Assembly (NCBI GenBank): GCA_963747385.1
Contig: CAVVEY010000007.1
Location: 457,050-521,049 of the forward strand
Source: an uncultured bacterium
Lineage (GTDB): Bacteria > Krumholzibacteriota > Krumholzibacteriia > Krumholzibacteriales > Krumholzibacteriaceae
Reading direction: 5' to 3'
DNA length: 64,000 bases
In this document: positions 20,571 through 29,852 of the stretch, one piece after another
Layout of the letters: each line of letters starts with the position of its first letter
Numbering within the stretch: the first letter of the stretch is position 1
Translations under genes and position numbers: made by a program
Notes under the pieces: model-generated
What the model saw: only the letters and a program-made list of their open reading frames with translations
The model's database searches: none
Told to the model about the DNA's origin: nothing

Positions 20571-22341
20571 GTGGCTCCCATTCAGAGATTGCTTCCGGAG
20601 GTTGCTTCGAAGATAGCCGCGGGCGAGGTGATCGAGCGCCCCGCGAGCGCCGTGAAGGAACTCATCGAAAATTCGCTGGATGCGGGCGCCACACGCATAA
20701 CGATAGAGCTCGTCGACGGGGGAAAGGCCTCCGTCAGGATCGAAGATAACGGCGACGGCATCCCGGCACATGAGCTCCCCATCGCGGTCGAGAGCTTCGC
20801 GACGAGCAAGATCTCGCGCGTCGAGGATATCGAACGCGCCGGCACCCTCGGATTCCGGGGCGAGGCGCTCGCGAGTATCCGGGCCGTCAGCATGCTGACG
20901 ATACGCTCCCGCGCCCGCGACGAGGAAATGGCCCGGGAGCTCGCGTTTCGCGGCGAAACGCTTATGGGAGACGCCCCCCTGGCGAGAAACCAGGGAACGG
21001 AAGTGATCGTCGAGAATCTCTTCTTCAACCTCCCGGCGCGCAGGAAGTTTCTGAGGAGCGGCCAATCGGAAATCAGGCGGATCGTCGCCGTCATTCAAGG
21101 GTATGCTCTTGCCTTTCCCGAAACGGGATTCATCCTCCGGGAGGGCGGGAGAGACGTTCTGTCGTATCCGCCGTCGAGTCTCCGCGAGCGCGTCGAGATC
21201 GTGCTCGGCCCGGACCTGCTCGCCAATCTCATACCGGTTCAGTTCACGATGGGCCGCGCGAAGGTCCACGGCTACGCTTCGCGCGGGGATCAGACCCGGG
21301 CGAACCGGTACATGCAGTTCTATTTCGTGAATCGGCGATATGTCCGCGACCGTGTTCTCTCCCATGCGGTCACACAGGCATATGAGTCGCTCATCCCGCG
21401 GAACCGCTTTCCGGCGGTCGTCCTTTTCCTCGACGTGCCGCACGACGAAATAGACGTGAACGTCCATCCGACGAAAGCCGAGGTGCGCTTCCGCAACGAG
21501 GGGGAGATTCACCGGCTCGTTCTTTCTTCTCTGGCCGAGGCGTTGAGGCACAAGAGCGGTTCGCTCGAGCAGGCGGTCGATTCCTTCTACCGAGGCGTCG
21601 TTCCCGGCGGATCGCGGCATCCTTCGCGAGAGCGGCGCCGGCGACGCCATTTTCGGCGCATCGGGAGGCGCATGGTCGGGAGCGGCGCAGGAGATCAGGG
21701 AGGGAGACCGGACCTTCGAATTTCACGAAGCGCCGCTTTCCCTGTTCGGCGAGGAGAGGGGGAAGGGGATTCTCACTTCGGGGAATCTGTATTGGCAGCT
21801 TCACCAGAGCTTTATCCTTATTCAGATTCGAGGGGGCATGGTCGTCATAGATCAGCATGCCGCCCACGAAAGGATTCTCTTCGACCGGGCGAAAGCCGAT
21901 CTCGCCGGCGGCAGGTCGGTCGCGCAATCGCTTCTCTTCCCGGCCACGATCGATCTTTCGCCGGACGAATACGAGCGCTACGAAGAGCTCGCGCCGGCGC
22001 TGGCGTCTCTCGGTTTCGAGAGCGAGCCGTTCGGACTCAGGTCGATCATCGTGCGCGGCATCCCGGCGCTCGTACGAAATTGGAACGACGGGCGTCTGCT
22101 CGCGGAGATCCTCGGCGGCGAAGGAAGAAGCGACATCGACGAGTTTCTCAAAGCGTATGCGTGCCACGCGGCGATCAAGGCGGGAACGAAGCTGTCGGGC
22201 GAGGAGATGGAAAGCCTCGCCGACCAGCTCTTCGCCACGTCGCTGCCCTATACCTGTCCCCACGGGCGTCCGACGATGCTGCGGGTCGGCGTCGCGGAGC
22301 TCGAACGCCGTTTCGCGCGATCGGTATCGCACAAGGAATGA
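20571..22341 (+). pseudogene. mutL: DNA mismatch repair protein MutL (endonuclease type), one +1 frame break as assembled
   Basis: GTG 20571 follows GGAGGA. The GHKL N-terminus (IAAGEVIERPASAVKELIENSLDAGA, EDNGDGI, LGFRGEAL) lies in frame 0 inside the 1486-aa track ORF. The linker and C-terminus (NLYWQLHQSFILIQ..., DQHAAHERILF, ACHAAIKAG, CPHGRPT) are in the frame of ORF 21838..22341. The junction is somewhere in ~21570-21605. Confidence 0.85.
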
Positions 22342-23268
22342 TAACCGCCGTCGCAATTCTCGGCCCCACGGCATCCGGCAAGAGCCGGTTCGGAATCGAT
22401 CTGGCTCAGCGAATGAACGGCGAGATCCTCTCTATCGATTCCCGGCAGGCCTACCGGCGGATCGACATCGGCACCGCAAAGCCCTCGGCGGAAGAGCGCC
22501 GCCTCGCGGTCCACCACCTCATCGATATCTTCGATCTCGAGGAAAAGAACGACGCGCAGAAGTTCGCGATGCTCGCTCACGCGGCGATACGAGCCGCGGC
22601 GTCACGGGGAAAGATTCCCATCCTCGTCGGCGGATCGGGCCTCTATTTTCGGGCGATCGAAAAGGGGTTTTTCGATATCAAGCTCGAGCCCGCCGATCGG
22701 ATCGCCTTCGCCGAATCGCTACGGGAGATTTCGAACGAATCCCTCCACGCATAGGCTCTCGGCGCTCGATGCCGGAGAGCGCGCGGCGCATCCATCAGAA
22801 CGATCGCTATCGTCTCGTTCGCGCCCTCGAGGTTCAAGCGCTTACCGGAACGCCGCTCAGCGAGCACGTTCGCCGCCAGACGCCTCGATCCTTCACGCGA
22901 AGAGATCGTGTTCGTCAAGATCGGGCTCGAGATGGAGCGCGGGAAGCTCCACCGGAACATCGCCGAACGCGCGAAGGGGATGTTCGAGCGCGGATGGGTG
23001 GAGGAAGTCGAGCGCCTTCTCGGCGAGGGGAGCCGATCCCGGGTGGCCGGGAATGCAAACGCTGGGATACCCGCAGGTCGTCGCGCACGTCAGGGGAGAG
23101 GCGCGCCTCGACGATACGGTGGAGAGGGTCTCCGAGCTCACGCGGCAATACGCGAAACGCCAGGTGACGTGGTTCAGGAAAGAGGAGGCGCTGCACCGGC
23201 TCGAGGCCGAAGAAAGAGGACTCGTCGAGCGGGTCGCGGAGCTCGTCGAGCGGCGCCGGAGGGGATAA
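22338..23268 (+). pseudogene. miaA: tRNA dimethylallyltransferase MiaA, four +1 frame breaks as assembled
   Basis: ATG 22338 overlaps the mutL stop (ATGA). The P-loop is ILGPTASGKS. Corrected junctions are SLHA|RLSALDA (extra base 22752), LDA|ESARRIHQNDRYRLVRALEV (22774), VRRQ|RLDPSREEIVFVKIGL (22880) and LLGEG|ADPGWPGMQTLGYPQV (23031). The gene ends at 23268. Confidence 0.85.
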
Positions 23269-23327
23269 ATACGTTGACATCACTCATGCAACCTGATAGC
23301 TTACGAGGTGCCTCATCTGGCGTACAC

Positions 23328-23403
23328 GCGGGCATAGCTCAGCTGGTAGAGTATCAGCTTCCCAAGCTGAGAGTCGCGGGTTCGAATCCCGTTGCCCGCT
23401 CCA
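23328..23403 (+). tRNA. tRNA-Gly (anticodon CCC), CCA encoded
   Basis: Cloverleaf read by eye: acceptor GCGGGCA/TGCCCGC, anticodon stem TCAGC/GCTGA, loop TTCCCAA, T-loop GGTTCGAATCC. Confidence 0.9.
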
Positions 23404-23416
23404 TTTTATACCGAAA

Positions 23417-23450
23417 CCCCCTTCGAGCCGGATGTTTGAAGGGGGTTTTT
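23417..23450 (+). terminator. Rho-independent terminator after tRNA-Gly
   Basis: Stem CCCCCTTC (23417-23424) / GAAGGGGG (23438-23445) followed by TTTTT. The track ATG at 23432 lies inside this hairpin. Confidence 0.75.
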
Positions 23451-23461
23451 CACGAGCGGCG

Positions 23462-24766
23462 ATGACGGTTCGAATCGACAGAGTTGAAGGGAAACCGGGG
23501 TTCTTCCGGCCGGGGGACGAGATCGTCGCGATAGATTCCCGGCCGATTGAAGATCAGCTCGACGCCCTGTTTTTCACGGCGGGGAAAGGGAAGGCGTGCT
23601 TCAGCATCCTCCGCGACGGCCGGCCGAGATCGCGCACGCTCACCTTCGCGGCCTTTGCCCGCGAACGCATCGTCTTCGACGCGATGCGCTTCATCCCGTG
23701 CCGCAGCAAATGCATCTTCTGTTTCATGGATCAGATGCCGCCGGGAATGAGGCAATCCCTGTATGAAAAGGACGACGATTATCGCCTGAGCTTCCTCTTC
23801 GGCAATTTCATCACACTCAACGACCTCAGGGAGAGGGATCTTGCGCGGATCGTCGAGCTTCGTCTTTCCCCGCTCTACGTTTCCGTTCATGCCGTTCAAA
23901 AGAGCGTTCGCGAGCGCCTGTTCGGCCGCCCGGTGCGCCGGAACATCCTGGAGGATCTTCGTCGGCTCGCGCGCGCCGGCATCGTGATGCACGCGCAGAT
24001 CGTTCTCGTCCCCGGGGTCAACGACGGAGCGGCGCTGAGGGAAACCGTGCGCGAGCTCGCCGCGCTCTATCCGGCCTGCGCGTCGGTCGCCGTCGTTCCG
24101 GTCGGCGTCACGAGGCACCGGACGGGTCTGCCGCGTTTGCGGCGCGTCACCGTCGCCGAATCCCGAGCGCTCCTCGATTGGGCCGGGCGGGAACGCGATC
24201 GCCTGAGAAAGCGCACGGGCGGCGATTGCGTCCTGCATCTCGCCGACGAGTTCTACCTCGCGACGAACCGGGTTCTTCCGGCAACTCATGAGTACGGGGA
24301 TTTCCCGCAGCTTTCGAACGGGGTCGGCACATGCCGGTCCTTTCTGGCCGAGCTCGAGCGCGACATCGAACGAGCGGAACGGCGCGCGAATAACCCGCGG
24401 ATCGTTACGGTCGCAACCGGCGTCCTCGGCGCGAGGTTTCTGCGACGCTACGCCGTGCCGCTCATCGCGAAGCGGCTGCCGCGGCTGTCGCTCCGCATCA
24501 TCGTCGTGCGCAATCGCCTTCTCGGACCGTCGGTGACCGTTTCGGGTCTCCTCTCCGGCGCGGATATCATCCGCTCGGCCCTGCGCGACCGGGCGGCGGG
24601 TTGTCTCGTGATCCCGCCCAACGCGGTCAATCACGAGGGCCGCTTCATCGACGACATGAATGCGCGCGATATAGAACGCGAGCTCGGCATTCCCGTCGTC
24701 GTCGCCCGATCGACGTTTCTCGAGAACCGTGTTTCGAAAGGCTGCCGGAAGGAAGGCGCCCGATGA
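23462..24766 (+). CDS. DUF512 family protein (PDZ-like N-terminus plus radical-SAM-like core)
   Basis: Internal ATG 23462 of track ORF 23432..24766. It has the cysteine cluster CRSKCIFCF, then YEKDDDYRLSFLFGNFITL and LSPLYVSVHA. Its position directly upstream of der is common for this family. Confidence 0.75.
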   Translation: MTVRIDRVEGKPGFFRPGDEIVAIDSRPIEDQLDALFFTAGKGKACFSILRDGRPRSRTLTFAAFARERIVFDAMRFIPCRSKCIFCFMDQMPPGMRQSLYEKDDDYRLSFLFGNFITLNDLRERDLARIVELRLSPLYVSVHAVQKSVRERLFGRPVRRNILEDLRRLARAGIVMHAQIVLVPGVNDGAALRETVRELAALYPACASVAVVPVGVTRHRTGLPRLRRVTVAESRALLDWAGRERDRLRKRTGGDCVLHLADEFYLATNRVLPATHEYGDFPQLSNGVGTCRSFLAELERDIERAERRANNPRIVTVATGVLGARFLRRYAVPLIAKRLPRLSLRIIVVRNRLLGPSVTVSGLLSGADIIRSALRDRAAGCLVIPPNAVNHEGRFIDDMNARDIERELGIPVVVARSTFLENRVSKGCRKEGAR

Positions 24767-26079
24767 AAAAAACACCGATCGTCGCCATCGTGGGAAAACC
24801 GAACGCGGGGAAATCGACGCTCTTCAATCGCATCGTCAGGCGCCGAAAGGCGATCATGCATGCCACGCGCGGCGTTACCCGCGATTCGGTGGAAGAGAAG
24901 ATCACCTGGAACGGCGTCACGTTCGTTCTCGTCGACACGGGCGGTTTCAGCGCGGGCACGAAGGATCATATCACCCGGGAAATCCGCCTGCGCGTTAAGA
25001 GCGCCGCCCGGGAAGCCGCCGTCATCGTTTTCGTCGCCGATATAGATACGGGAACGACGGAAGAGGACGAATCTCTCCTCCGCGACTTGCGGCGCGAGCG
25101 GGATAGAATGATCCTCGTCGTCAACAAGATCGAGAACGACGCCGATCGATGGAGCGTGCACGAATTTCACAAGCTCGGCTTCAAGGACATGCACGTCCTG
25201 AGCGCAATTCACGGAACGGGCATCGGCGAGCTGCTCGACGACATCACCTCCCGCCTTCCCCGGAAGGCCGAGGCGGCCGGGCCCGAGCCGATCGCGATCG
25301 CGATCGTCGGAAAGCCGAACGTCGGCAAGAGCTCGCTCGTGAACGCACTCGTCGGCGAGGAGCGCAACATCGTCTCTGCGTTGCCCGGAACGACGCGTGA
25401 TTCCGTCAACATCGTCGTGAGGAGAGAGGGGAGGGAATTCATCCTCGTCGACACGGCAGGAGTGAAGCGCCGCGCTCGAACCGAGAAGGGGCTCGCCGCC
25501 ATCACGAGCCAGAAAAGCCTGTCGAGCGCTCGGAACGCCGATATCGTCGCCGTGATGATCGACGCCTCGGCGCCGATATCGCGGCAGGACGTCCGCGTCG
25601 CGTCGGAAGGGCACCGGGCGCGGAAAGGGATGATGATCCTGATCAATAAATGGGATCTCATCGAAAAGGATTCGAACACGTCCGAGCGCTACGTGGCGGA
25701 GGTTCGGGAATCGATGTCGTTTCTTGCGTACGCTCCCGTTATCACGATATCGGCCCTTACCGGGCTTCGCGTGGAAAGGATTTTCCCGCTCGCCGTCAGC
25801 ATCGGGGAGGCGCGCGAACGCACCATAAAGACCTCCGAGCTCAACCGGGTGCTCGAAACGATCATCGATAAAAGCCCTCCGAGCCACTATTCAGGGGGAA
25901 CGGGCAAGATATACTACGCGACGCAAACAGGAGTCAAACCGCCGCACTTCACGCTCTTTGTAAACAAATCCTCCTATTTTCCTCGTTCTTATGTACGTTA
26001 TCTCAACAATCAACTAAGAAAAGTGTTTACCTTCGAAGGGACGATCATTACAATCTCTCTCAAATCCAAGGAGAGGTGA
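24763..26079 (+). CDS. der: Ribosome-associated GTPase Der/EngA (two GTPase domains plus KH-like domain)
   Basis: Internal ATG 24763 (ATGA overlap with the upstream stop). It has two G1 motifs (GKPNAGKST, GKPNVGKSS), two DTGG/DTAG motifs and NKIEN/NKWD. The C-terminus reads KIYYATQTGVKPPHFTLFVN. Confidence 0.95.
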   Translation: MKKTPIVAIVGKPNAGKSTLFNRIVRRRKAIMHATRGVTRDSVEEKITWNGVTFVLVDTGGFSAGTKDHITREIRLRVKSAAREAAVIVFVADIDTGTTEEDESLLRDLRRERDRMILVVNKIENDADRWSVHEFHKLGFKDMHVLSAIHGTGIGELLDDITSRLPRKAEAAGPEPIAIAIVGKPNVGKSSLVNALVGEERNIVSALPGTTRDSVNIVVRREGREFILVDTAGVKRRARTEKGLAAITSQKSLSSARNADIVAVMIDASAPISRQDVRVASEGHRARKGMMILINKWDLIEKDSNTSERYVAEVRESMSFLAYAPVITISALTGLRVERIFPLAVSIGEARERTIKTSELNRVLETIIDKSPPSHYSGGTGKIYYATQTGVKPPHFTLFVNKSSYFPRSYVRYLNNQLRKVFTFEGTIITISLKSKER

Positions 26080-26693
26080 TGGACGTTTTCCTGAGGATAC
26101 TTCTCGTCGCGGCGGCCAGCTATTGTATCGGATCGATCCCTTCGAGCTACTGCATGGGAAAGCTCTTGAAGGGTATCGACCTCAGAGAGCACGGGAGCGG
26201 CAATCTCGGCGCGGCGAATACCTTTCGGGTGCTCGGTCTCAAAGCGGCGATACCGGTTCTGCTCTTCGACATCGGCAAGGGCTTCGTCGCCGTTCACTAC
26301 CTCTCGAGGTTGGGAGGGACGGGCACCGGGTTCGCCCTGCTGGCGGCCCTCGCCGTAGTCGTGGGACACAACTACTCTCTGTTCGTTCGCTTTTCCGGCG
26401 GGAAGGGAGTGGGCGCCACCGCGGGAGCGTTTCTCGCGCTCGCGCCGCAAGCCGTCGGCATGTGCGTCATCCTCTGGATCGTCGCTCTGCTCGCGACGCG
26501 GATAGTCTCGGTGGCGAGCATGGCGAGCGCCGCATGCCTGCCGATAGCGATACCGATCGCCGGCAGGCTGTTCGGCGCCCACGCGCATTATTCGATCACG
26601 CTGCTCGCCGTCGCCGCGGCGATCGTCGTATTCGTGAAGCACCGCTCGAATATCGTGCGGTTGCGAAGCGGCACCGAGAAAAAGATCTTCTAG
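26076..26693 (+). CDS. plsY: Glycerol-3-phosphate acyltransferase PlsY
   Basis: 205-aa polytopic ORF with PlsY signatures (GSIPSSY, HGSGNLGAANTFR, GHNYSLF, GGKGV). Confidence 0.9.
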   Translation: MMDVFLRILLVAAASYCIGSIPSSYCMGKLLKGIDLREHGSGNLGAANTFRVLGLKAAIPVLLFDIGKGFVAVHYLSRLGGTGTGFALLAALAVVVGHNYSLFVRFSGGKGVGATAGAFLALAPQAVGMCVILWIVALLATRIVSVASMASAACLPIAIPIAGRLFGAHAHYSITLLAVAAAIVVFVKHRSNIVRLRSGTEKKIF

Positions 26694-26705
26694 GCGGGAA
26701 TCCTC

Positions 26706-27734
26706 ATGACGGCACGAAAACACGCTCGTTCGACCCGTATCGCGGTGCTCGGCGCGGGAAGCTGGGGGACGACGCTCGCGATCCTTCTCGACGAAAAGGG
26801 GTACGAGGTTCGTCTCTGGGAGTATTTCCCGGAGCTTGCGGATACCATCCGCCGGGACGGCGAAAACCGCCGTTTTCTCCCGGGAATCGCGGTGCCGGGA
26901 TCGATCCGCATCACTTCGGAAATGGACGAGGCCCTCGACGGGGCGACGCGCATCGTGTTCGTCACGCCGAGCCACACGATTCGCGGCGTCGCGCGCGCCG
27001 CGCGATCATCGCCGTCTTTCGATAAACGGGCGATCGTCATCAACGCGGCGAAAGGTCTCGAGGAGGGCACGCTCTGCAGAATGAGCGAGGTTCTGGCCCA
27101 GGAGCTTTCGATTCCGAAACGACGGATCGTCGGCCTCCTCGGTCCGAGCCACGCGGAGGAAGTGAGCAGGCGAATGCCCACCTCCGTCGTGGTCGCGGGG
27201 AGCGATCCGGAGGTTCTGAGGGAAATTCAGGCGCTCTTCATGAACGAGTATTTTCGCGTCTATACGAATACCGATCTCATCGGAGTCGAGCTCGGCGTCT
27301 CCCTCAAGAACACGATCGCGATCGCGGCCGGCATCTGCGACGGGCTCGGATTCGGCGACAACACGAAAGCGGCCCTCATAACGCGCGGCCTCGCCGAGAT
27401 GAAGCGCCTCGCGTGCACGATGGGAGGGAAAGAGGAGACGCTCAGCGGGCTGGCCGGCGTGGGCGACCTGATCGTCACGTGCATGAGCCGCCACAGCCGG
27501 AATCGCCACGTCGGAGAAGAGATCGGCAGGGGCAAGAAGCTCCCCGAGATCCTCAGCGGGATGGTCATGGTGGCCGAAGGGGTCAAGACGACCAGGGCGG
27601 CGGTGAAGCTCGCTTCCCGGGCCGGGACGGAGCTTCCCATCGCGGAGCAGGTTCATCGCGTGCTCTTTCGCGGGAAGGATCCCCGCAGGGCGATCAAGGA
27701 TCTCATGATTCGCAAGGCGAAAAAGGAGATGTAG
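26706..27734 (+). CDS. gpsA: NAD(P)H-dependent glycerol-3-phosphate dehydrogenase
   Basis: 342-aa ORF with IAVLGAGSWGTTLA, GPSHAEEV, LKNTIAIAAG and GVGDLIVTC. Confidence 0.95.
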   Translation: MTARKHARSTRIAVLGAGSWGTTLAILLDEKGYEVRLWEYFPELADTIRRDGENRRFLPGIAVPGSIRITSEMDEALDGATRIVFVTPSHTIRGVARAARSSPSFDKRAIVINAAKGLEEGTLCRMSEVLAQELSIPKRRIVGLLGPSHAEEVSRRMPTSVVVAGSDPEVLREIQALFMNEYFRVYTNTDLIGVELGVSLKNTIAIAAGICDGLGFGDNTKAALITRGLAEMKRLACTMGGKEETLSGLAGVGDLIVTCMSRHSRNRHVGEEIGRGKKLPEILSGMVMVAEGVKTTRAAVKLASRAGTELPIAEQVHRVLFRGKDPRRAIKDLMIRKAKKEM

Positions 27735-27780
27735 CGCCGCGGGCGGGGGACGTTCCCGCGGCCCGCAAGGAAGAGTGGAT

Positions 27781-28146
27781 ATGATGAAAGCGAACCAGAA
27801 ACTCTATTATTCGATCGGCGAGGTGAGCGATCTTCTCAAGGTGAAACCGCATGTCCTCAGGTACTGGGAATCGCAATTTCCCGTTCTCAATCCGAAGAAG
27901 AACAGGGCGGGCAACAGAACCTACCGCGTGCGGGATATCAAGCTCCTGATGGCCATACAGACGCTCCTGTACGATCGGAAATATACCATAGCGGGCGCTC
28001 GCCGGAAGCTCAAGGATTTCAACAACGATCCATCGGCCGTCGCGGAGCAGCTCAACATCCCGTTCGCCGATCCCGAGAAGCGGCGAATCCTCGCGTCGCT
28101 CAGGAAAAACCTCATGGAGCTCAAGGAACTGGCCGAGACGCTCTGA
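27781..28146 (+). CDS. MerR-family helix-turn-helix transcriptional regulator
   Basis: Track ORF 27775..28146. The HTH region is YYSIGEVSDLLKVKPHVLRYWESQFPVLNPKKNRAGNRTYRVRDI. The start (GTG 27775 / ATG 27781 / ATG 27784) is not resolved. Confidence 0.75.
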   Translation: MMKANQKLYYSIGEVSDLLKVKPHVLRYWESQFPVLNPKKNRAGNRTYRVRDIKLLMAIQTLLYDRKYTIAGARRKLKDFNNDPSAVAEQLNIPFADPEKRRILASLRKNLMELKELAETL

Positions 28147-28202
28147 ATCGGTCAAATTCCCTTGTGTTCAGTCCGAAAACGATGATATTGTACCGATATG
28201 GT

Positions 28203-28280
<78 letters not shown>

Positions 28281-28295
28281 AATTTTCTTGAAGAC

Positions 28296-29138
28296 ATGAT
28301 CTCATATATCCTATATCGCACGGCGTCCTTCCTCGCGCGCTCGCTCCCCCAGGCCTTCTGCACGCGAATCGCCGCGGCCGTCGCGTTCCTCTTCTACGCC
28401 TGCAGACCGGCGATACGGAAGAACGTGCGGACCAATTTCGAGAGGCTCGGAATATACCCGAAGACCACATTTCCCGTTTTCCGGAACTTCTCGCGCGCCG
28501 TCGCCGATCTCTTGCGGCTCTCGTATATGAGCAGGGATGAGCTCATGGCGTTGTGCCGCGCGCGCGGCATCGAGAATCTCGACCGCGCCCTGAAGAAGGG
28601 GAAAGGAGCGATTCTCTTCGCCCCGCACCTCGGCCCCTGGGAACTCGCGGGAGCCTGCATGAGCTGCCTCGGATACCGGATGCATACCGTCGCGCTCGAA
28701 CACCCGTCGTCGCGCGTGACGCGCTTTTTCAGCGGGATGCGAAGCGCCTGGGGCGTCCGGGATTATTCGTCCCGCTCGTGCGGAACGGGGCTCATGAGGG
28801 CCCTCGGGAAAGGAGAGACGATCGTTCTCCTCGTCGATCGCAGTTTCTCTCGAAGGGGCATGCATCTGCGTTTCTTCGATACCGACGTTCTTCTCCCCGA
28901 CGGCCACGTCACGCTTTCGCTGCGATCGGGAGCTCCGCTGCTCCCGTGCTGTTCGTGGTACACTCCCGAGGGGAGAATCGAGATCGTCGTCGGCGAGGAG
29001 ATAGCAGTGCCGGCCCCGGGAAATTCTCGCGACGCAATCGGGAGCGCATGCATTGAACAAATCGAGGCGTTCGTGCGATCCCACCCCGAGCAGTGGTTCG
29101 CATTCGACCACCTCTGGAAGGAGGATCGGGGTGCTTGA
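28296..29138 (+). CDS. Lysophospholipid / lipid A-type acyltransferase (LpxL/HtrB family)
   Basis: 280-aa ORF with an N-terminal hydrophobic segment and an HtrB-like core (GKGAILFAPHLGPWELAG, VLLVDR). Confidence 0.7.
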   Translation: MISYILYRTASFLARSLPQAFCTRIAAAVAFLFYACRPAIRKNVRTNFERLGIYPKTTFPVFRNFSRAVADLLRLSYMSRDELMALCRARGIENLDRALKKGKGAILFAPHLGPWELAGACMSCLGYRMHTVALEHPSSRVTRFFSGMRSAWGVRDYSSRSCGTGLMRALGKGETIVLLVDRSFSRRGMHLRFFDTDVLLPDGHVTLSLRSGAPLLPCCSWYTPEGRIEIVVGEEIAVPAPGNSRDAIGSACIEQIEAFVRSHPEQWFAFDHLWKEDRGA

Positions 29139-29808
29139 ACATTTTGCGGCGATCGTTCCGGCATACAACGCGGCGCCGTTCATCGAACCCGTGCTCGCTT
29201 CGATCGCGCGCCATATCCCGGCGTCTCATATCATCGTCGTGGACGACGGATCGACCGACGGAACGGCCCTCGCCGCGCGGCGCGGCGGCGCGCGCGTCGT
29301 CCGGCACGAAGCGAACAGGGGCAAGGGAGCGGCGATACGGAGCGGGCAGCAATTCCTCCGCTCGCTGAGCGAAATCGACGCCGTGGTCATGCTCGACGCG
29401 GACGGACAGCACGATCCCGCGGAGATACCGCGTTTCGCGGAGGAATTCATGAAGGGAAAAGCCGATCTCATCGTCGGGAACCGTATGGCGGCCGCCGGCG
29501 CGATGCCTGCGATCCGCGTTTTCACGAATCGCCTCACTTCGTCGGTCGTGAGCCTCCGGGCCGGCCAGCGGATTCCCGACAGCCAGAACGGCTACCGGCT
29601 CATTCGCGCCTCGCTTCTCGCGCGCATCGAACTCGTGACGTCCCGGTACGAGATCGACAGCGAGATAATCATCAAGGCCTGCCATTCGGGAGGGAGGGTG
29701 GCGTCGGTTCCGGTACGCACGATTTACGGGGGCGAAAAGAGCGCGATTCATCCGCTGCGCGACACGTTCCGTTTCATTGCTCTGGTCACGAGAAGCCTTT
29801 TCTGGTAG
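29131..29808 (+). CDS. Family 2 glycosyltransferase
   Basis: Internal GTG 29131 of track ORF 29053..29808 overlaps the upstream stop by 8 nt. GT-A motifs are present: AAIVPAYNAAPFI, VVDDGSTDGT, MLDADGQHDP. Confidence 0.8.
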   Translation: MLEHFAAIVPAYNAAPFIEPVLASIARHIPASHIIVVDDGSTDGTALAARRGGARVVRHEANRGKGAAIRSGQQFLRSLSEIDAVVMLDADGQHDPAEIPRFAEEFMKGKADLIVGNRMAAAGAMPAIRVFTNRLTSSVVSLRAGQRIPDSQNGYRLIRASLLARIELVTSRYEIDSEIIIKACHSGGRVASVPVRTIYGGEKSAIHPLRDTFRFIALVTRSLFW

Positions 29809-29852
29809 CATCCCGTCTTTCGGGAATACGGATCGATCGAGGAGAGCCGTTC

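Noticed and set aside
18294-22754. 1486-aa plus-strand ORF that looks like a giant multidomain protein
   Set aside because: It is a chimera. Real GAF-protein sequence, out-of-frame read-through, the real mutL N-terminus, out-of-frame mutL C-terminus and the real miaA N-terminus happen to share one stop-free frame because of the frame breaks and the high GC content. The Arg-rich stretches between the conserved parts are nonsense translation.
25930-26075. Marked drop in GC at the 3' end of der (and, less so, at the 3' end of mutS 17990-18130 and the 5' end of xerD 3077-3240)
   Set aside because: The translated sequence is still a normal Der C-terminus (KIYYATQTGVKPPHFTLFVN...RYLNNQLRKVFTFEGT). 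The patch more likely reflects embedded start signals for the overlapping downstream plsY or local codon noise than foreign DNA. There is no repeat or mobile signature.
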